64,000 bases of DNA from Octopus vulgaris (taxonomy: Eukaryota): assembly GCA_951406725.2 (NCBI GenBank), contig OX597825.1, positions 24,366,001-24,430,000 on the forward strand, in the 5' to 3' direction. This document shows positions 1 to 13,255 of the stretch, piece after piece. The notes beneath the pieces were generated by a model. That model was not told the origin of the DNA and searched no databases. It saw nothing but the letters and a program-made list of their open reading frames with translations. The number at the start of each line of letters is the position of its first letter. Position 1 is the first letter of the stretch. The translations under genes were made by a program, and so were the position numbers.

Positions 1-655
1 CACAGGTGGACTGACTACGTCCCAGGTAGGGGCCACGGATTATGGCTTCACTAGTCTTGCCGGGTCTTCTCACGCACAGCATACTTCCATAGGTCTCGGT
101 CTCTAGTCATTTCCATGGTGAGACCTAACGTCCGAAGGTCGTGCTTCACCACCTCGTCCCAGGTTTTCCTGGGTCTACCTCTTCCACGGGTTCCCTCAAC
201 TGCTAGGGATTGGCACTTTCTCACACACCTATCTTCATCCATTCTCGCCACATGACCATACCAGCGCAATCGTCTCTCTTGCACACCACAACTGATGCTT
301 CTTAGGTACAACATTTCTCTCAAGGTACTAATGCTCTGTCAAGTAAGTACACTGACATTACACATCCATCGGAGCATACTGGCTTCATTCCTCATGAGCT
401 TACACATGTCCTCAGCAGTCACGGCCCATGTTTCACTGCCATGTAGCATAGCTGTTCGTACACATGCATCATACAGTCTGCCTTTTACTCTGAGCGAGAG
501 GCCTTTAGTCACCAGCAGAGGTAAGAGCTCCCTAAACTTTGCCCAGGCTATTCTTATTCTAGCAGTTACACTTTCAGCGCACCCACCCCCACTACTGACT
601 TGGTCACCTAGATAGCGGAAGCTATCAACTACTTCTAGTTTTTCCCCCGGAAAGT
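1..655 (-). mobile_element. RTE-clade LINE, 5'-truncated and frameshifted RT C-terminus plus 3' UTR
   Basis: ORFs 339-713 and 51-323 give LEVVDSFRYLGD..RIRIAWAKFREL..AMLHGSETW..RRLRWYGHVARM..RGRGRPRKTW, typical of the RTE RT thumb and C-terminus. Confidence 0.92.
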
Positions 656-1132
656 GACGGAAGTTGTTTTCTGCAGATTTTCGGAGGTCAATGCTCCAGA
701 GCATCTGCCACATACAAAAACTATCTTAAATTTGCTAATTGATAGATGAATAGAGGGACTAGAAGAGAGAAAGAAAGTTTGAGAGAGAAAGGGGGAAGAG
801 AGAAATGTGTTGACAGATGAAGAAATAGAAAAATATGAGATACATACATAAAAGAAATAAGAAGAAAATTCAGGAGGAAGATAAATGAATAGATGGCTAC
901 ATAAGTTGATACTAGATTTTGGCCCTTGGCCAGCAAATTTGCGAAGGGGATAGATCAATTACATCATCGTCCCTAGTGATCGACTGGTAACTATTTTATA
1001 AAACCCAAAAGAATGAAAGGTGACGTGAACCTCAGTGGAATTTGAACTCAGAATGTGAAGTCAGACGAAATGCTGTTAAGCATTTTGCCCAGCATACAAA
1101 TAGTCCTGTCAGTGTGTTTGTGTATGTGTGTG

Positions 1133-1168
<36 letters not shown>

Positions 1169-1175
<7 letters not shown>

Positions 1176-1803
1176 AAAGGGCTTAGTAAAATAAATTATT
1201 TTGCCACATACTGAACTCATTAGAAATAGCAGCCAAAAAGTTTTTTCAGCTATTTCCAATACTTAAAGAAAATTTCTCTCAGATAGTGTTTACTCAAAAT
1301 AACCCACGAAGGTATGGGGGAAAAAAACATTAAAAAATCACAAGTGCAAAGATTATTTGAGAACGTTACGTTTCTAGATCAGCCAAATAAAATTCGACAT
1401 TTCTTTCGTCAGCTTTCTTAATTTGGATTTGGAAACACTGAAAGTAGGAACATACCCTTTTGGGGTATGTTCCTACTTTCAGTGTTTCAAATCCAAATTT
1501 GCACTTTTATTTGTGATCAGACGTAACGTTCTCAAATTTTTGCACTAATGTTTTTTTCCCCCATACCTTTGTGGGTTATTCTGAGTAAACACTATCTGAG
1601 AGAAATTTTCTTTAAGTATTGGAAATAGCTAAAAAAACTTTTTTGCTGCTATTTCTAATGAGTTCAGTATGTGGCAAAGTAATTTATTTTACTAAGCCCT
1701 TTTATATAATGTAATATTTTGAATTCGCCTTAAATGGTCCTTTTACATACTGAATACTTGGTGAAATTGATTAATAACTAATTAATTTTACCCTCAATTG
1801 TTG

Positions 1804-1806
<3 letters not shown>
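1169..1806. mobile_element. (TA)n-embedded fold-back element (inverted arm + longer direct arm), Penelope-like non-autonomous
   Basis: 1169-1457 is the reverse complement of about 1463-1710, centred on catacccttttggggtatg; unpaired tail to 1806; (TA)n on both sides. Confidence 0.85.
1359..1416 (-). ncRNA. Hammerhead ribozyme-like motif with weak stem I
   Basis: Minus strand: aaag CTGACGA aaga..tcta GAAA CG TAA CG TT ctc; core intact, stem I only 2 bp. Confidence 0.5.
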
Positions 1807-1838
<32 letters not shown>

Positions 1839-1851
1839 TGTATATATATAT

Positions 1852-2013
1852 AGGTGCAGGCATGGCTGCGTAGTAAGAAGCTTGCTTCTCAACCACATGC
1901 GTCTGGGTTCAGTCTCACTGTGTGGCACCTTGAGCAAGTGTTTCTACTATAGCCTCAGGCCAACCAAAGCCTTCTGAGTAGATCTGGTAGATGGAAACTG
2001 AAAGAATCCCATT
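1852..2013 (+). mobile_element. tRNA-derived SINE family A, 5' half
   Basis: A box-like tggctgcgtag, B box-like ggttcagtctc, shared body ccttgagcaagtg..tggtagatggaaactgaaagaa found many times in the window. Confidence 0.85.
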
Positions 2014-2039
2014 GTAAATATATGTATACATACATACAA

Positions 2040-2083
<44 letters not shown>

Positions 2084-2088
2084 ATCCA

Positions 2089-2132
<44 letters not shown>

Positions 2133-2166
2133 TGGCTGGATGGCTGGATGGCTGGATGGCTGGATG

Positions 2167-2220
<54 letters not shown>

Positions 2221-2251
2221 CAGATAGATAGATAGATAGATGGATGGATAT

Positions 2252-2430
2252 AGTTCAAATTTACAGAAAACAAAAACAAAGGTAAACCAGCACGTGTACT
2301 AGTTTGATACTCAAGAAAAATGAAAAAGTCTTTGACATTTCAAGCCTATGCACTTTGACAGAAAGAATTGAGAGGAAAAGAAATGGAGAATGAACGGAAA
2401 ATGCAGAGAGAGAAAAAAATGTGTAAGGAT
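2252..2430 (-). mobile_element. Microsatellite-associated element with decayed HHR-like motif (2330-2365)
   Basis: Homologous to 9560-9738; minus strand cttt ctgtcaa a gtgc atag gctt gaaa tg tc aaag. Confidence 0.55.
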
Positions 2431-4227
2431 TAATGATTCAACATGATGAAATGTATGATACATACATACATACATACATACATACATACATACATACATA
2501 CATACATACATACATACATACATACATACATACATACGTACACACACGTGCACACATACACACACACATGCACGCACCCTCTCACAAGACAATGATAAAA
2601 GAAATCCAGACAATTTTTTGAAAAGTGACATTTTGTCCCCTTGGAGTGACCAGCTGAGTTTGCCATTTCTAAAAGCCAAGAATCATTTACTATTGAAAGA
2701 CTGACCAGCTGCAAATATATCAACAAATTTTTTCTTCTTTCTCTCCTTCTTCCTTTCCTTCTCTTTTTCTTTAACATTCCTTTCAGATACAAACACACAC
2801 ACACACGCGCACTCTCTCTCACTTTCTCCCCATTCCTCACCCTCTTGTACTATCTTATATCTCTCTCCACCCCTACACACTCAATGATACTATAAAAAGA
2901 GACAAAATTCCTACAAAAGTTCAATTTGACAACTCCACTAGAGTGGACAAAAGCGCTAATATATGATATATGATTTATAAAAACATGTAACATACTAATA
3001 AATATCTGTAAATATAAAACCATCCAAATTTCTGAGTACCTCATTTCCTCTTATATATAATATATATATATATATAATATATATATATATACACATACAC
3101 ACACCAGTACATCCTGTGGAGGAAAGTGTGTATCTGCCAATCTATCTATTTACCTCAATGTCTCTACAGATATATGCATATGCCTCTATTTTTCTGTGTA
3201 TATGTGTACATGAATACATATATATGTGACGAAAAAGACCAGAAACCATAGAAAAATCTTATGATTAATGTAAAGCTATTTGATGATGGCAGAATTGTTT
3301 TTGAGTAATTTGCCTGTCATTCTTTCTCTCCATATATCTTTTTTTCCTTTTTTGTTTTGCTTTACATAATAACAAATCATGTCAAATTTATATTCTTAGT
3401 ATCTGAAGAAATGTTTTGAATTTTTATAGAATGACAATTATTTTGCTAGGCAGCTATAGGAAATTATTGTTGTTCAGTTCGAAATATTTTAACAAATATT
3501 TTGATTTATTTTGACAAAAAATATTGAGAAAAAAAAATACTTAAGATGGAACATTTATAAAAATGTATATCTATTTTTTTCTGGGAGACAAAGTTCACAA
3601 CCATTGTTACCTTATTTGTAATTTGTTGATGTATTTATTTTCTAAAAGTCATAAGTATCTTGAAACTGCTGACCAAAGATCATTCTGGATTTTTTGAAAG
3701 AATGAAGATGCTGATAAAACCATCCTTTGAATTTATATTCGGTTAGCTCAATATAATCTTTAGATGTTGAATTATCAACTATAAATAATTTTGCATAGTA
3801 CAGTATCGATTTTTGAAAGACAGGAATTATTTCATTGGCAAGTTATTGGATGAAGTTCTGTTATATGAAGTGAAAGTATTAAATTTAGAAGTTTGTTGCA
3901 GAATTTTACTGTTGAAGTATGTTATTTCTGTTACAAAATTAAGTATGGAGCTAAAGCTTAATTTAATATCATCTCCGTTAAAACTATTGAAGTATCTAAT
4001 AATTAAAAGAAATGAAATGTGACATTGAATGATATCATTTTAGGATTTCTACTTTTATCTTCCTGGAAATTACATTATCTTTATAACTTATCTTATCTTC
4101 CGTTATAATTAGAGATGTGTTGAAGGAAATATTCGTTAACCAAATACAAAATTTCTCACCAAACTATTACTTAATTTCGTTTCTTAAATGATGAGTGTTA
4201 ATTCATTTCAAAATTTCAGAATATCTT

Positions 4228-4612
4228 TTATCTTTTACTTGGTTCTGATCATTAGACTGTGACTATGTTGGGGTACCACCTTGAAGAATTTGTAGCCAAA
4301 TTAATTTTTTAAAAGCCTGGTACTTATTCTATTGGTCTCTTTTGTCGATCTGCTAAGTTAAAGGATGTAAACACACTAATACCAATTGTCAAGTGATGGT
4401 GAGGGATAAATACAGACACAAAGACACACATAGGTATATACATATATACAATGAGCTTCTTTCAGTTTCCATCTACCAAACCTGCTTACAAGGCTTTGGT
4501 CAGTCCAGTGCTATAGCAGAAGGTAATTGCCCGACATGTCATGCTGTGGAATTTGAACCTGAGACCATATGGTTGGGAAGCAAACTTCTTACCACATAGC
4601 CATGCCTGCACC
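4228..4612 (-). mobile_element. SINE family A, near full length, diverged
   Basis: Reverse-complement match to head, body and tail of 56291-56700. Confidence 0.85.
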
Positions 4613-5251
4613 CCTATCTAATTTCTTATCTATAATTACCATACATAAATCTTTTTGAATTTGAATTTTTAAGCTTAAATCTTGAAATAAATTAAAGTTT
4701 TTTTCTTTTGATTTTTATCTGAAGCTTTTTAATGTTTGGGCACTCATATTCATAAAATGATTAGGGTATCATATCAATAGAAACCACATTTTAGATTGAA
4801 CTTATTGTTTAACAATTATAGAATATATAGGTCAAAAGAGCTCAGAAATTTCCACAAAATCTAGGCTACCTATCACTATGTCAAACGAATTAACATCGTT
4901 TCTCTTTACTTATAAAGCACCACCAAAAGCAATTAATGAAATTCTTATGCGCATGATTATTTCAATATTCGGATTATTGATCAAGATATAATTTACGGTG
5001 AAATCAAATGCCTTTTTGGAGCAAAGAATTGGTTATTGATTGGGAAAATTCAATGACATCAAATTGGGTAAATTTATATACTTATTCATTGCTTGTACTA
5101 TTGGACTAATTAATAACAGACATACTGGCACTCCAGAATGGCAAATAGATTTGTTTTGTTAAATCAAAGTATAATCATGACTAATATATTTTTACTCGTT
5201 ATATCTCACTTTTGATTGAATTCATTAACTTATCATACTCCTCCTCCTCCT

Positions 5252-5460
5252 CATCATCATCATCATTTAACATCCGTTTTTTCATGCTGGCATGGGTTGG
5301 ACGGTTTGACTGAAAAGTGGTAGGCAGAGGGAGTGGGGCAGCTACACCAAGTCCTGATCTGATTTGGCAAGGTTTCTATGACTAGATGCCCTTCCTAAAG
5401 CTGACCACTCCAAGAGTGTAATGGGTGTTTTTTACATGCCACTGGCATGGGTACCATTGA
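5252..5460 (-). mobile_element. Non-autonomous RTE-related retroposon family C with (GAT)n tail
   Basis: catcatttaacatccg..catgctggcatgggttggacgg..gatgcccttcctaa. Confidence 0.8.
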
Positions 5461-5529
5461 CCTAACACTGGTATCAACCATGGCTATGGTCTCACTTGGC
5501 TTGACAGGTTAACACAAGCACAGTATATT

Positions 5530-5742
5530 CTTTTCTACTCTAGGCACAAGGTCCAAAATTTTGGGGGAGGGCCTGTCAATTAGATCGACTCCAGTATGCA
5601 ACTGGTACTTAATTTATCAACCCCGAAATGTTGAAAGGCAAAGTCGACCTTGGCAGAATTTGAACTCAGAATGTAAAAACAGACGAAATACCACAAAGTA
5701 TTTCGCCTAGCATGCTAAATTTTCTGCCAGCTCATCACCTTA
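5530..5742 (-). mobile_element. tRNA-derived SINE family B
   Basis: Reverse complement of 6130-6361 core (ctggtacttaatttatc..aaggcaaagtcgacc..gaatttgaactcagaa). Confidence 0.85.
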
Positions 5743-6129
5743 CAAGCACAGTATATTGCCAAAGGTTTTGGTCACCTCTCACTGCCCTCATGAAGCCCAG
5801 CTTATGTGCTACTAGCAAGTACTGGCATCTCTCATGACTATAATTTCACTCAGTTCAACAGGTCATCACAAGCAGAGCCTATCGCCCCACAATTGAAGGG
5901 TGCTTTTAATGGGTCAGTTACACGACACTGTCATTGACCACAGCAACAATCTCACTTGACTTGACATCACTGCATTTTGCTTGTGGTTCTTAAATATGAA
6001 ATAAGGTTTGTGAAAAATTAAACATTCAACTTTGTCATCTATACCCGACTCTGTAGCTATTATCTTGTGAACTGATGCACTTTAGTATATTACAGCAAGT
6101 TATTATGGTAACGATTAGTTCCGGTTAAA

Positions 6130-6361
6130 AGGTGGTGAGCTGGCAGAATCGTTAGCACGCTGGGTGAAATGCATAGCCGTATTTCGTCTGCCATTACGTT
6201 CTGAGTTCAAATTCCGCCGAGGTCGACTTTGCCTTTCATCCTTTCGGGGTCGATAAATTAAATATCAGTTAAGGACTGAGGTCGATGTAATCAACTTAAT
6301 CTGTTTGTCTGTCCTTGTTTGTCCCCTCTGTGTGTAGCCCCTTGTGGGTAGTAAAGAAATA
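6130..6361 (+). mobile_element. tRNA-derived SINE family B, full length (central domain resembles Meta/MESC-type SINE domain)
   Basis: ggtgagctggcagaatcgttagc..gagttcaaattcc (B box)..gtcgactttgcctttcatcctttcggggtcgataaa..tail gtaaagaaata. Confidence 0.88.
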
Positions 6362-6631
6362 TATGGTAACTATTAGTTTTTAATAACTATGAGATAAGAA
6401 GTAATTGTAACTGCTATCGTTAGTTTAATATATTCATGTTTTCAGTGGCTTTACCCATTGAATTGTTTCCATTTTGGTGACAACCTTCGAGGTTTAACCA
6501 TTCATATCCACCATAGTTTTTGCTACAGCCTGAAACAATCTTAATAAATCATTAAATTATACTTTCTGACAAAACATGGGTTTTACACCACTAACCACAA
6601 ACAAGCCACAAATACAGATACACATGCACAC

Positions 6632-6785
6632 TGGGCTTCTTTCAGTTTCCATCTACCAAATCCACTCACAAGTCTTTAGTTGGCCTGAAGCTTTAGTAGA
6701 AAACACTTGCCCAAGGTGTCCTGCAGTGGGACTGAACCCAGAACCATGTGGCTGGTAAGCAAGCTACTTACCACACAGCCACATG
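6632..6785 (-). mobile_element. SINE family A, 5' half
   Basis: cttctttcagtttccatctaccaaatcc..gtgggactgaaccc..cttaccacacagcca. Confidence 0.85.
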
Positions 6786-7299
6786 GTTAAGAAGCAAATG
6801 ATTTAACAACTCAGTGATACCCATACCTTTATAACACCAGTGTGAAATGGTACAAACATAACTTAGCCATTCAAGAAACAGAAACCAATAAAATAAGTAT
6901 CGGCTCTGCTCTTTGCCTCCCAGCCAAAAATGAATATCTTTTATGCTTGAAATATTCCATTGAAATCAATGCCCCAGCATGACCTCTGCCAAAAGCAGAA
7001 AACAGCAAAAGAGAATAAATAAAACAAGCATCTTGAATAGAACATCAAACTTGCTCAGTTTCTCTTGCCCATTTGTTTTGTTATTTTGTTTTTTTGTTTT
7101 TCTGAAAATTATTAATTATTATTGTTGCCTGTTTGGATTGAATGATGAGTGAGGGGGTGGGGGAAGTGTTGACCTTATAGATGACCTTCAGAAAAAAAAA
7201 CATACATATGATCACAAAGAACATGAAATAAAAACTGTCATACAAAGTTATGGAATGGCTTAATGGAATGGATTCTTTTATTAGGCCTACAGACTCTTA

Positions 7300-7405
7300 A
7301 TGTATTCTATTAATGTTATTACAATTATTATTAACATTATTATTATTAAAATTATTAATATTATTCTTTTTGTTGTTGCTACTGCTTTTGTAGTAGTTGT
7401 TGTTG

Positions 7406-7437
<32 letters not shown>

Positions 7438-7890
7438 TATCAATATATTATTTTTATTGTTGTTGCTAGAAACGATTATTGAATTAGAAAGAATTAGAAA
7501 GGTTTATCATCATCTCTTTCATCATCATCATCATCATTGTCATCATCATCATCATCATCAACAACATCATCATCATCATCAACAACAACATCATCATCAT
7601 CATTATCATCATCATCATCGTCATCATCATTACCAATGCAGTGAGATGGCAGAATGGTTACCCCGTTAGAGAAAATGCTTAGTGGCATTTCCTTTGGCAC
7701 TTAATGTTCTGAGTTCAAACACTAACAAGGTCAACTTTACCTTTCATCCTTTTATGGTCAATAAAATAAAGTATTAATGGAGCACTGGTTTCGACATAAT
7801 CGATTTGCCCCTCCTCTCAAAATTGCTAGCCTTGCTCCACAACTTACAAAGAATTTGTTATTATTTTTATTATTATTATTATTATCATCA

Positions 7891-7955
<65 letters not shown>

Positions 7956-7984
7956 GTTGTTGTTGTTGTTGTTATTATTATTAT
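7300..7984. repeat. Compound (TTA/TTG)n and (CAT)n microsatellites with an embedded SINE B (about 7640-7850)
   Basis: Direct inspection. Confidence 0.9.
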
Positions 7985-8149
7985 GTGAATGGTTGAAGGT
8001 GGTGGAATTGCAGTTATGGAGGACAAAATGTTTTGTGACCTTTATTCAGGGTTTATGTTCTGAATTCAAATTCTATTGAAATCAATTTTGCCTTTCATCA
8101 TTAGATGGGAGGTCAATGAAATATGTGCCAGTTAAGCAGTGTTGTGAAG

Positions 8150-8461
8150 TTGCATGGCCCAGTGGCTACAGCGTTGGATTCACAATCATGAGGTAGTGAG
8201 TTTGATTCCCAGATTGGGCTGTGTTGTGTTCATGAGCAAGACATTCTATTTCATGTTGCAACATCATTGGTGCCCAAGCTGTATCAACACATTTGACTTT
8301 CTCTTGGACAGTATTACTGTGATGTGAGGAGATTGCTTCCTAATCAGATGGTATCAGGTTCAGTCCCACTGCATGGCGCCTTGGGCAAGAGTCTTCTATT
8401 GTAGCCTCAGGCCAATCAGTGCCTTGTGAGGGAAGCCCATCATATGTGTGTGTGTGTGTAT

Positions 8462-8504
<43 letters not shown>

Positions 8505-8710
8505 TTGTGTCTGGGTTTCTCTCCCATCACAACTTGACAACCACTGTCGGTGCATTTACAGTCTTATAACTTAGCGGTTTAACAAAAGAGACTGATAGAA
8601 TAAGTATCAGGCTTAAAAATAAAATTAAGTCCTGGGATCAATTCATTCAACTAAAAATTCTTTAACGTAGTGCCCCAGCATGACCGCAGTCTAATGACTG
8701 AAACAAGAAA
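8150..8710 (+). mobile_element. tRNA-derived SINE family D (8150-8330) followed by SINE A (8335-8710)
   Basis: D head tggcccagtggctacagcg..gagtttgattccc..tgagcaagaca; then family A body and tail. Confidence 0.78.
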
Positions 8711-8724
8711 AAATGTAATTTATA

Positions 8725-9522
8725 TACAGGGTGTGATGGGTAAATTGTCACCATTTTATATTTTTAATTTCATGCATGCACATTTTTTGTTTTGTGAGAA
8801 AAACAGCACTATGACGCAATTCCCTATGCCAGAAATTTGGAAATGATAAGGCTGTGTTACTTGGCGTTCATGTCAGCAGCTCCAATACGAACATTTCAGT
8901 GTTTGGGTGTCAATCTGAGGACTCTGCAATCTGAGGACATGTACCAAGAGTGATAAAAATCAAACATCCAGTCAACTAGTGATGGCAACATTATGTCAGC
9001 ACTCATCTTCCCACAAGGCCCCAGACACAAAACGGTGGCCTACGTCAAGTGCCTGGAGGAGGTAGTGCTGCCCTGGGTCAAGAAGGTGGTTCCTTGGAAC
9101 ACCCTCTTTCTGGCAACAGGACTCTGCACCATGCCACACAAGCAGTCAGGGCTGTCAAACAATTTCTGTGACCACATCACACCTAACATCTGGCCACATA
9201 ACTCCCCAGACTGCAACCCTCTTGATCATTATGTGAGAGGTACAGTTACCTGAGAGACCAACAAAATTCCTTGTAACACCAACGATAGATTATGGCAGCA
9301 TTACCAGCTTAAACAAAGAGACCATCCAGAAGAGTTGCAGGTGATTCCGAAGTCATCTGGAGTCTGTGGTTGAAGCCAATGGCATTTCTATTGAATAAAT
9401 TTACTCCTTAATATTTTAAGATATTTTTATGTAATTTTGGTAAATATATCTGTTAAGATGAGATGTCAGTGTTATTTTCATTTTTGCATAATTTAGACGA
9501 CAGTTTAGACACTGCACACTAT
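8725..9522 (+). mobile_element. Degenerate Tc1/mariner-superfamily DNA transposon
   Basis: Ends ta-cagggtgtg..aaattgtc / gacagttt..cacac-ta; ORF 8993-9253 with YVKCLEEVVLPW..WPHNSPDCNPLD (WPxxSPDLNPxD motif), frameshifted. Confidence 0.85.
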
Positions 9523-9559
9523 ATATATTTAATCTTGTTGAACTGTTAATCCCAACACA

Positions 9560-9738
9560 TTATTTTCCCTCTCTCCATTTTCTCATTCTTTCTCTATTTA
9601 TCCCTCTCAATCCTTTCTGTCAAAGAGTGTAGGCTGAAAACATCAAAGTCTTTTCTATTCTTTCCAAGAGTCAAACTAATACACCTGTTTGTTGTTCCTT
9701 CACCTGTCCTCATCTTTTGTTTTCTGTAAATTTTGAGC
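9560..9738 (+). mobile_element. Second copy of the 2252-2430 family with decayed HHR-like motif (9613-9648)
   Basis: cttt ctgtcaa a gagt gtag gctg aaaa ca tc aaag; shared 3' end ttttctgtaaattt. Confidence 0.55.
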
Positions 9739-9818
9739 GTCATACATACATACATACATGCATAAACACATACATACATACATACATACATACAAGCATA
9801 CATACAGAGAGACAAACA

Positions 9819-9859
<41 letters not shown>

Positions 9860-9864
<5 letters not shown>

Positions 9865-10055
9865 ATCCAAACAAGAAAGCACAAAAAAACACAACAACGC
9901 GAGGATGTGGAACAAATATAGTATTATTGGACACACAGGAAAGGAGGGTTTAATGTTTCGAGTGGAGCTCTTCGTCAGAAACATAGGAGAAGGAAAGATC
10001 CAGAGAAGGGAAGACAGAGGGAAAAAATCGCCAATGGTACACACGTGGTCACATT

Positions 10056-10060
<5 letters not shown>
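9860..10060 (-). mobile_element. About 200-bp (TA)n-flanked HHR element, family H1
   Basis: Homologous to 31056-31243 and 55403-55592; (TA)n on both sides. Confidence 0.9.
9948..9982 (-). ncRNA. Minimal type-I hammerhead ribozyme (H1, CpG-decayed)
   Basis: Minus strand: gttt CTGACGA a gagc tcc actc GAAA ca TT aaac. Confidence 0.7.
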
Positions 10061-10098
<38 letters not shown>

Positions 10099-10951
10099 TA
10101 TATATATACATATATACATACATATATATGCACACACAGACATACTGACAGTAATAGTATTTTTCAAGTGATATTTTCTCCCTCCCACATACATGTATTT
10201 TTTTCATCAAATGTCATCTAGAACATTTGTGAGGGTTTAGGAACAGTTAAGCTACAACCAAAACTTCAAATCAACAAACTCCAAATCATAAATTCTGTAA
10301 TTTATACAATGTTCCTGTCCATGGCAAAGAACATTACCAATAATTGTAAATCACAATAATTTAATTTTACAAGTTTGACAAATCCCTAACAACCATGGAA
10401 ACTTGTTGCAAAAATTCGAATTAGTGTAAATCGAAGTTTTTATCTTTCATTTTGTTCTTGCTTTTTTTTTTTTGGTTTATATTTGTGTTTGTACACCAAG
10501 ATTGATTTGTCTTTGATTTCTGGAAGTTTCGATGGTTGTAGAAATCAGGTTAGAGTAATCAATTTTTTTCTTTTCCTTTTTCTTTTTTCTTTTTCTTTTT
10601 CTTTTTTTTTGTGTTGGTTTTGTTGCAGATGTTGTTGATGATGTTTTTGCTGTCTATTCGGTTCTTCGAATGAATCTAATAAAATTACAATCCAATTTCT
10701 CATTGGAAAAATTCCAACAGAATCATGTTGTTTAGGTCGAATGAAGTACTATAATGACTTGTTAGTGCAATTATTGAGTTTTTCAAGTTCTGTTCTAAGG
10801 ACATTCATACGATGATGATCTATCTGCTGTAAACACATACACACATGCACACACACACACATATATATAATTATATATATATATATACATAGATACATAC
10901 ATATATATATGTATGTATGTATGTATATATATATATATAAATGTATATAGA

Positions 10952-10996
<45 letters not shown>

Positions 10997-11393
10997 ATAT
11001 ATATGCACTCATGCATGTAAACATGTACATATATGCATAGTGCAAGAGATCTGATAATAATAATAATCTGTGTTTGTGTGTATGTGTATGTCCATTTGTG
11101 CATACATACGCATGTCATACATTTGATTCTGGGGTAAGAAATGGAATATGATTTGATGTACACATGCGCATATATATATATATGTGTGTGTGTCTGTATA
11201 TGTGTATATATATACATATATAGATATAATATATGTGTGAGAGTGTAAGTATATGCATATATATATGCATATATATACACACATATGTATATGAATATAT
11301 ATATATATACACATATGCATATATATGAATATATACATATAAATATATGTATATATATATGTAAGTGTATATATGTATGTGTGTATATATATA

Positions 11394-11424
<31 letters not shown>

Positions 11425-11487
11425 GTATATATATGACATCTGGCTACCTTGTAATTGTTCCCCAGGATCTTTGATATAAATTTAACA

Positions 11488-11526
<39 letters not shown>

Positions 11527-11578
11527 ATGTATGTAAGTATTTACGTATGTAGATATATATATATATATATACATATAT

Positions 11579-11615
<37 letters not shown>

Positions 11616-12118
11616 GAAAGAGAGAGAGTGTTATATATATATGTGAGTGTGTGTATTTGCATATATGCACATACATGTCTAATGCCCATATGGATATATA
11701 AGTAAGTATGTGTGTATTTAATCATCAGAGTATCAAAATTTAAGATTTTTGAGATAAGAGCTTTGATGATATTCAATATTCCTGATGGTGTTAAAGAATT
11801 CTGTAATTGCATAGAAAGGAAAAATTTCTCCGAGATACGAAAATCTTTTTTAAAAAAAAAAGAAACAAGAAAATATCAAGCCCCACTCAAAAGAAAAACA
11901 CCTCAAAAAAATTATCTAAGTATATAATTACAAAATGAAAAAAATGAAAATCATTAGAAAAATGCTGTCATCCAATTTATCTCATTTTCCTAAATACCTC
12001 AAATTGGAACTAATCATATGAGATTGAAAAATGTCTTATTAGAAACATATGGTGTAGGAAACTGTTGGAAGCCATTAGATTTTTGGGTCATCACTGAAGG
12101 CTTTGAATTTTATCTTGT

Positions 12119-12590
12119 GTCATCATCATCATCATCATCAGCATCACCATCTTCATCGCCATTATCACCATCATGAGCCTCATCCTCATCATCATCGCCA
12201 TTATCACCATCATCATCCTTCTCATCATCATCACTCTCATCATCATCATCACCATCATCATCATCCCCATCATCATTATAATCATAACCATCATCATCAT
12301 CATCATCATCGTCATCATTATCATCGCCATTATCACCATCATCATCATCATTAACACCACCACCACAACCATCACCATCACAACCACCACCATAACCACC
12401 ACCACCACCACCACCACCACCACCACCACCACCACCACCACCACCATATCCACCACCACCACCACCACCACCACCACCACCACCACCACCACCATCATCA
12501 TCATTACCATCATCATTTTCCTCACCATCACCATCATCGTTGTCGACATCGTTATCATCATTGTTGCCATTGCCTTCATTGTCATCTCCA
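12119..12590. repeat. (CAT)n/(CAC)n compound microsatellite
   Basis: Direct inspection; source of the poly-D/G/M/H ORFs. Confidence 0.92.
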
Positions 12591-12869
12591 TTTTTCCTAG
12601 CTTGCATGAGGCAGATGAAATTCCTTGATCCCAATTTTTTCCTCCTACTGTATGCTCTTTCTTCCCATGAAACCTTTCTTATTTCCAAGTATGCTTCCAT
12701 TTCTGTTGCTTCTCCTAACATTGTCAGCCCAATGGCTGGACACGAACATGTTTTCATGGAAGATCGTAAACCAACAATACTGCTGGTTTGCAAGTCATAT
12801 ATATGCAAAATAAGTGCATGGTGTCAATACAAGGAACTTCAAATACATTTGCATGTATTACATGCATAT

Positions 12870-13255
12870 AGGTGCAGGCACGGCTGTGTGGTAAGAAGCT
12901 TGCTTCTCAACCACATGGTTCCGGGTTCAGTCCCACTGTGTGCCTTTTACTCTACCCTCAGGCCAACCAAATTTTTGTGCGTGGATTTGGTAGAAAGAAC
13001 CTGAAAAAAGCCTATCGCAAATGTGTGTGTGTGTATGTGTGTGTGTCTTTGTGTCTGTTTTGCCCCCTCCGTTACTACAACCACTAATCACTTGGCAACC
13101 AGTAACTTAGCAGTTTAGCAAAAGCGACCGACAGAATAAGTACTAGGCTTACAAAGAATAAGTCTTGAGGTCAATTTCTTTGATTAAAACCCTTTAAGGC
13201 AGTGCTCCAGCATGGCTGCAATCAAATGATTGAAACAAATAAAATAATAAAAGAC
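12870..13255 (+). mobile_element. SINE family A, near full length
   Basis: ggctgtgtggtaagaagc..ggttcagtcccac..tail gtgctccagcatggctgca..tgaaacaa. Confidence 0.87.

Noticed and set aside
12590-12800. Non-repetitive-looking ORF segments on both strands
   Set aside because: Ends in a family C-like tail leading into (GAT)n; more likely an old retroposon than an exon
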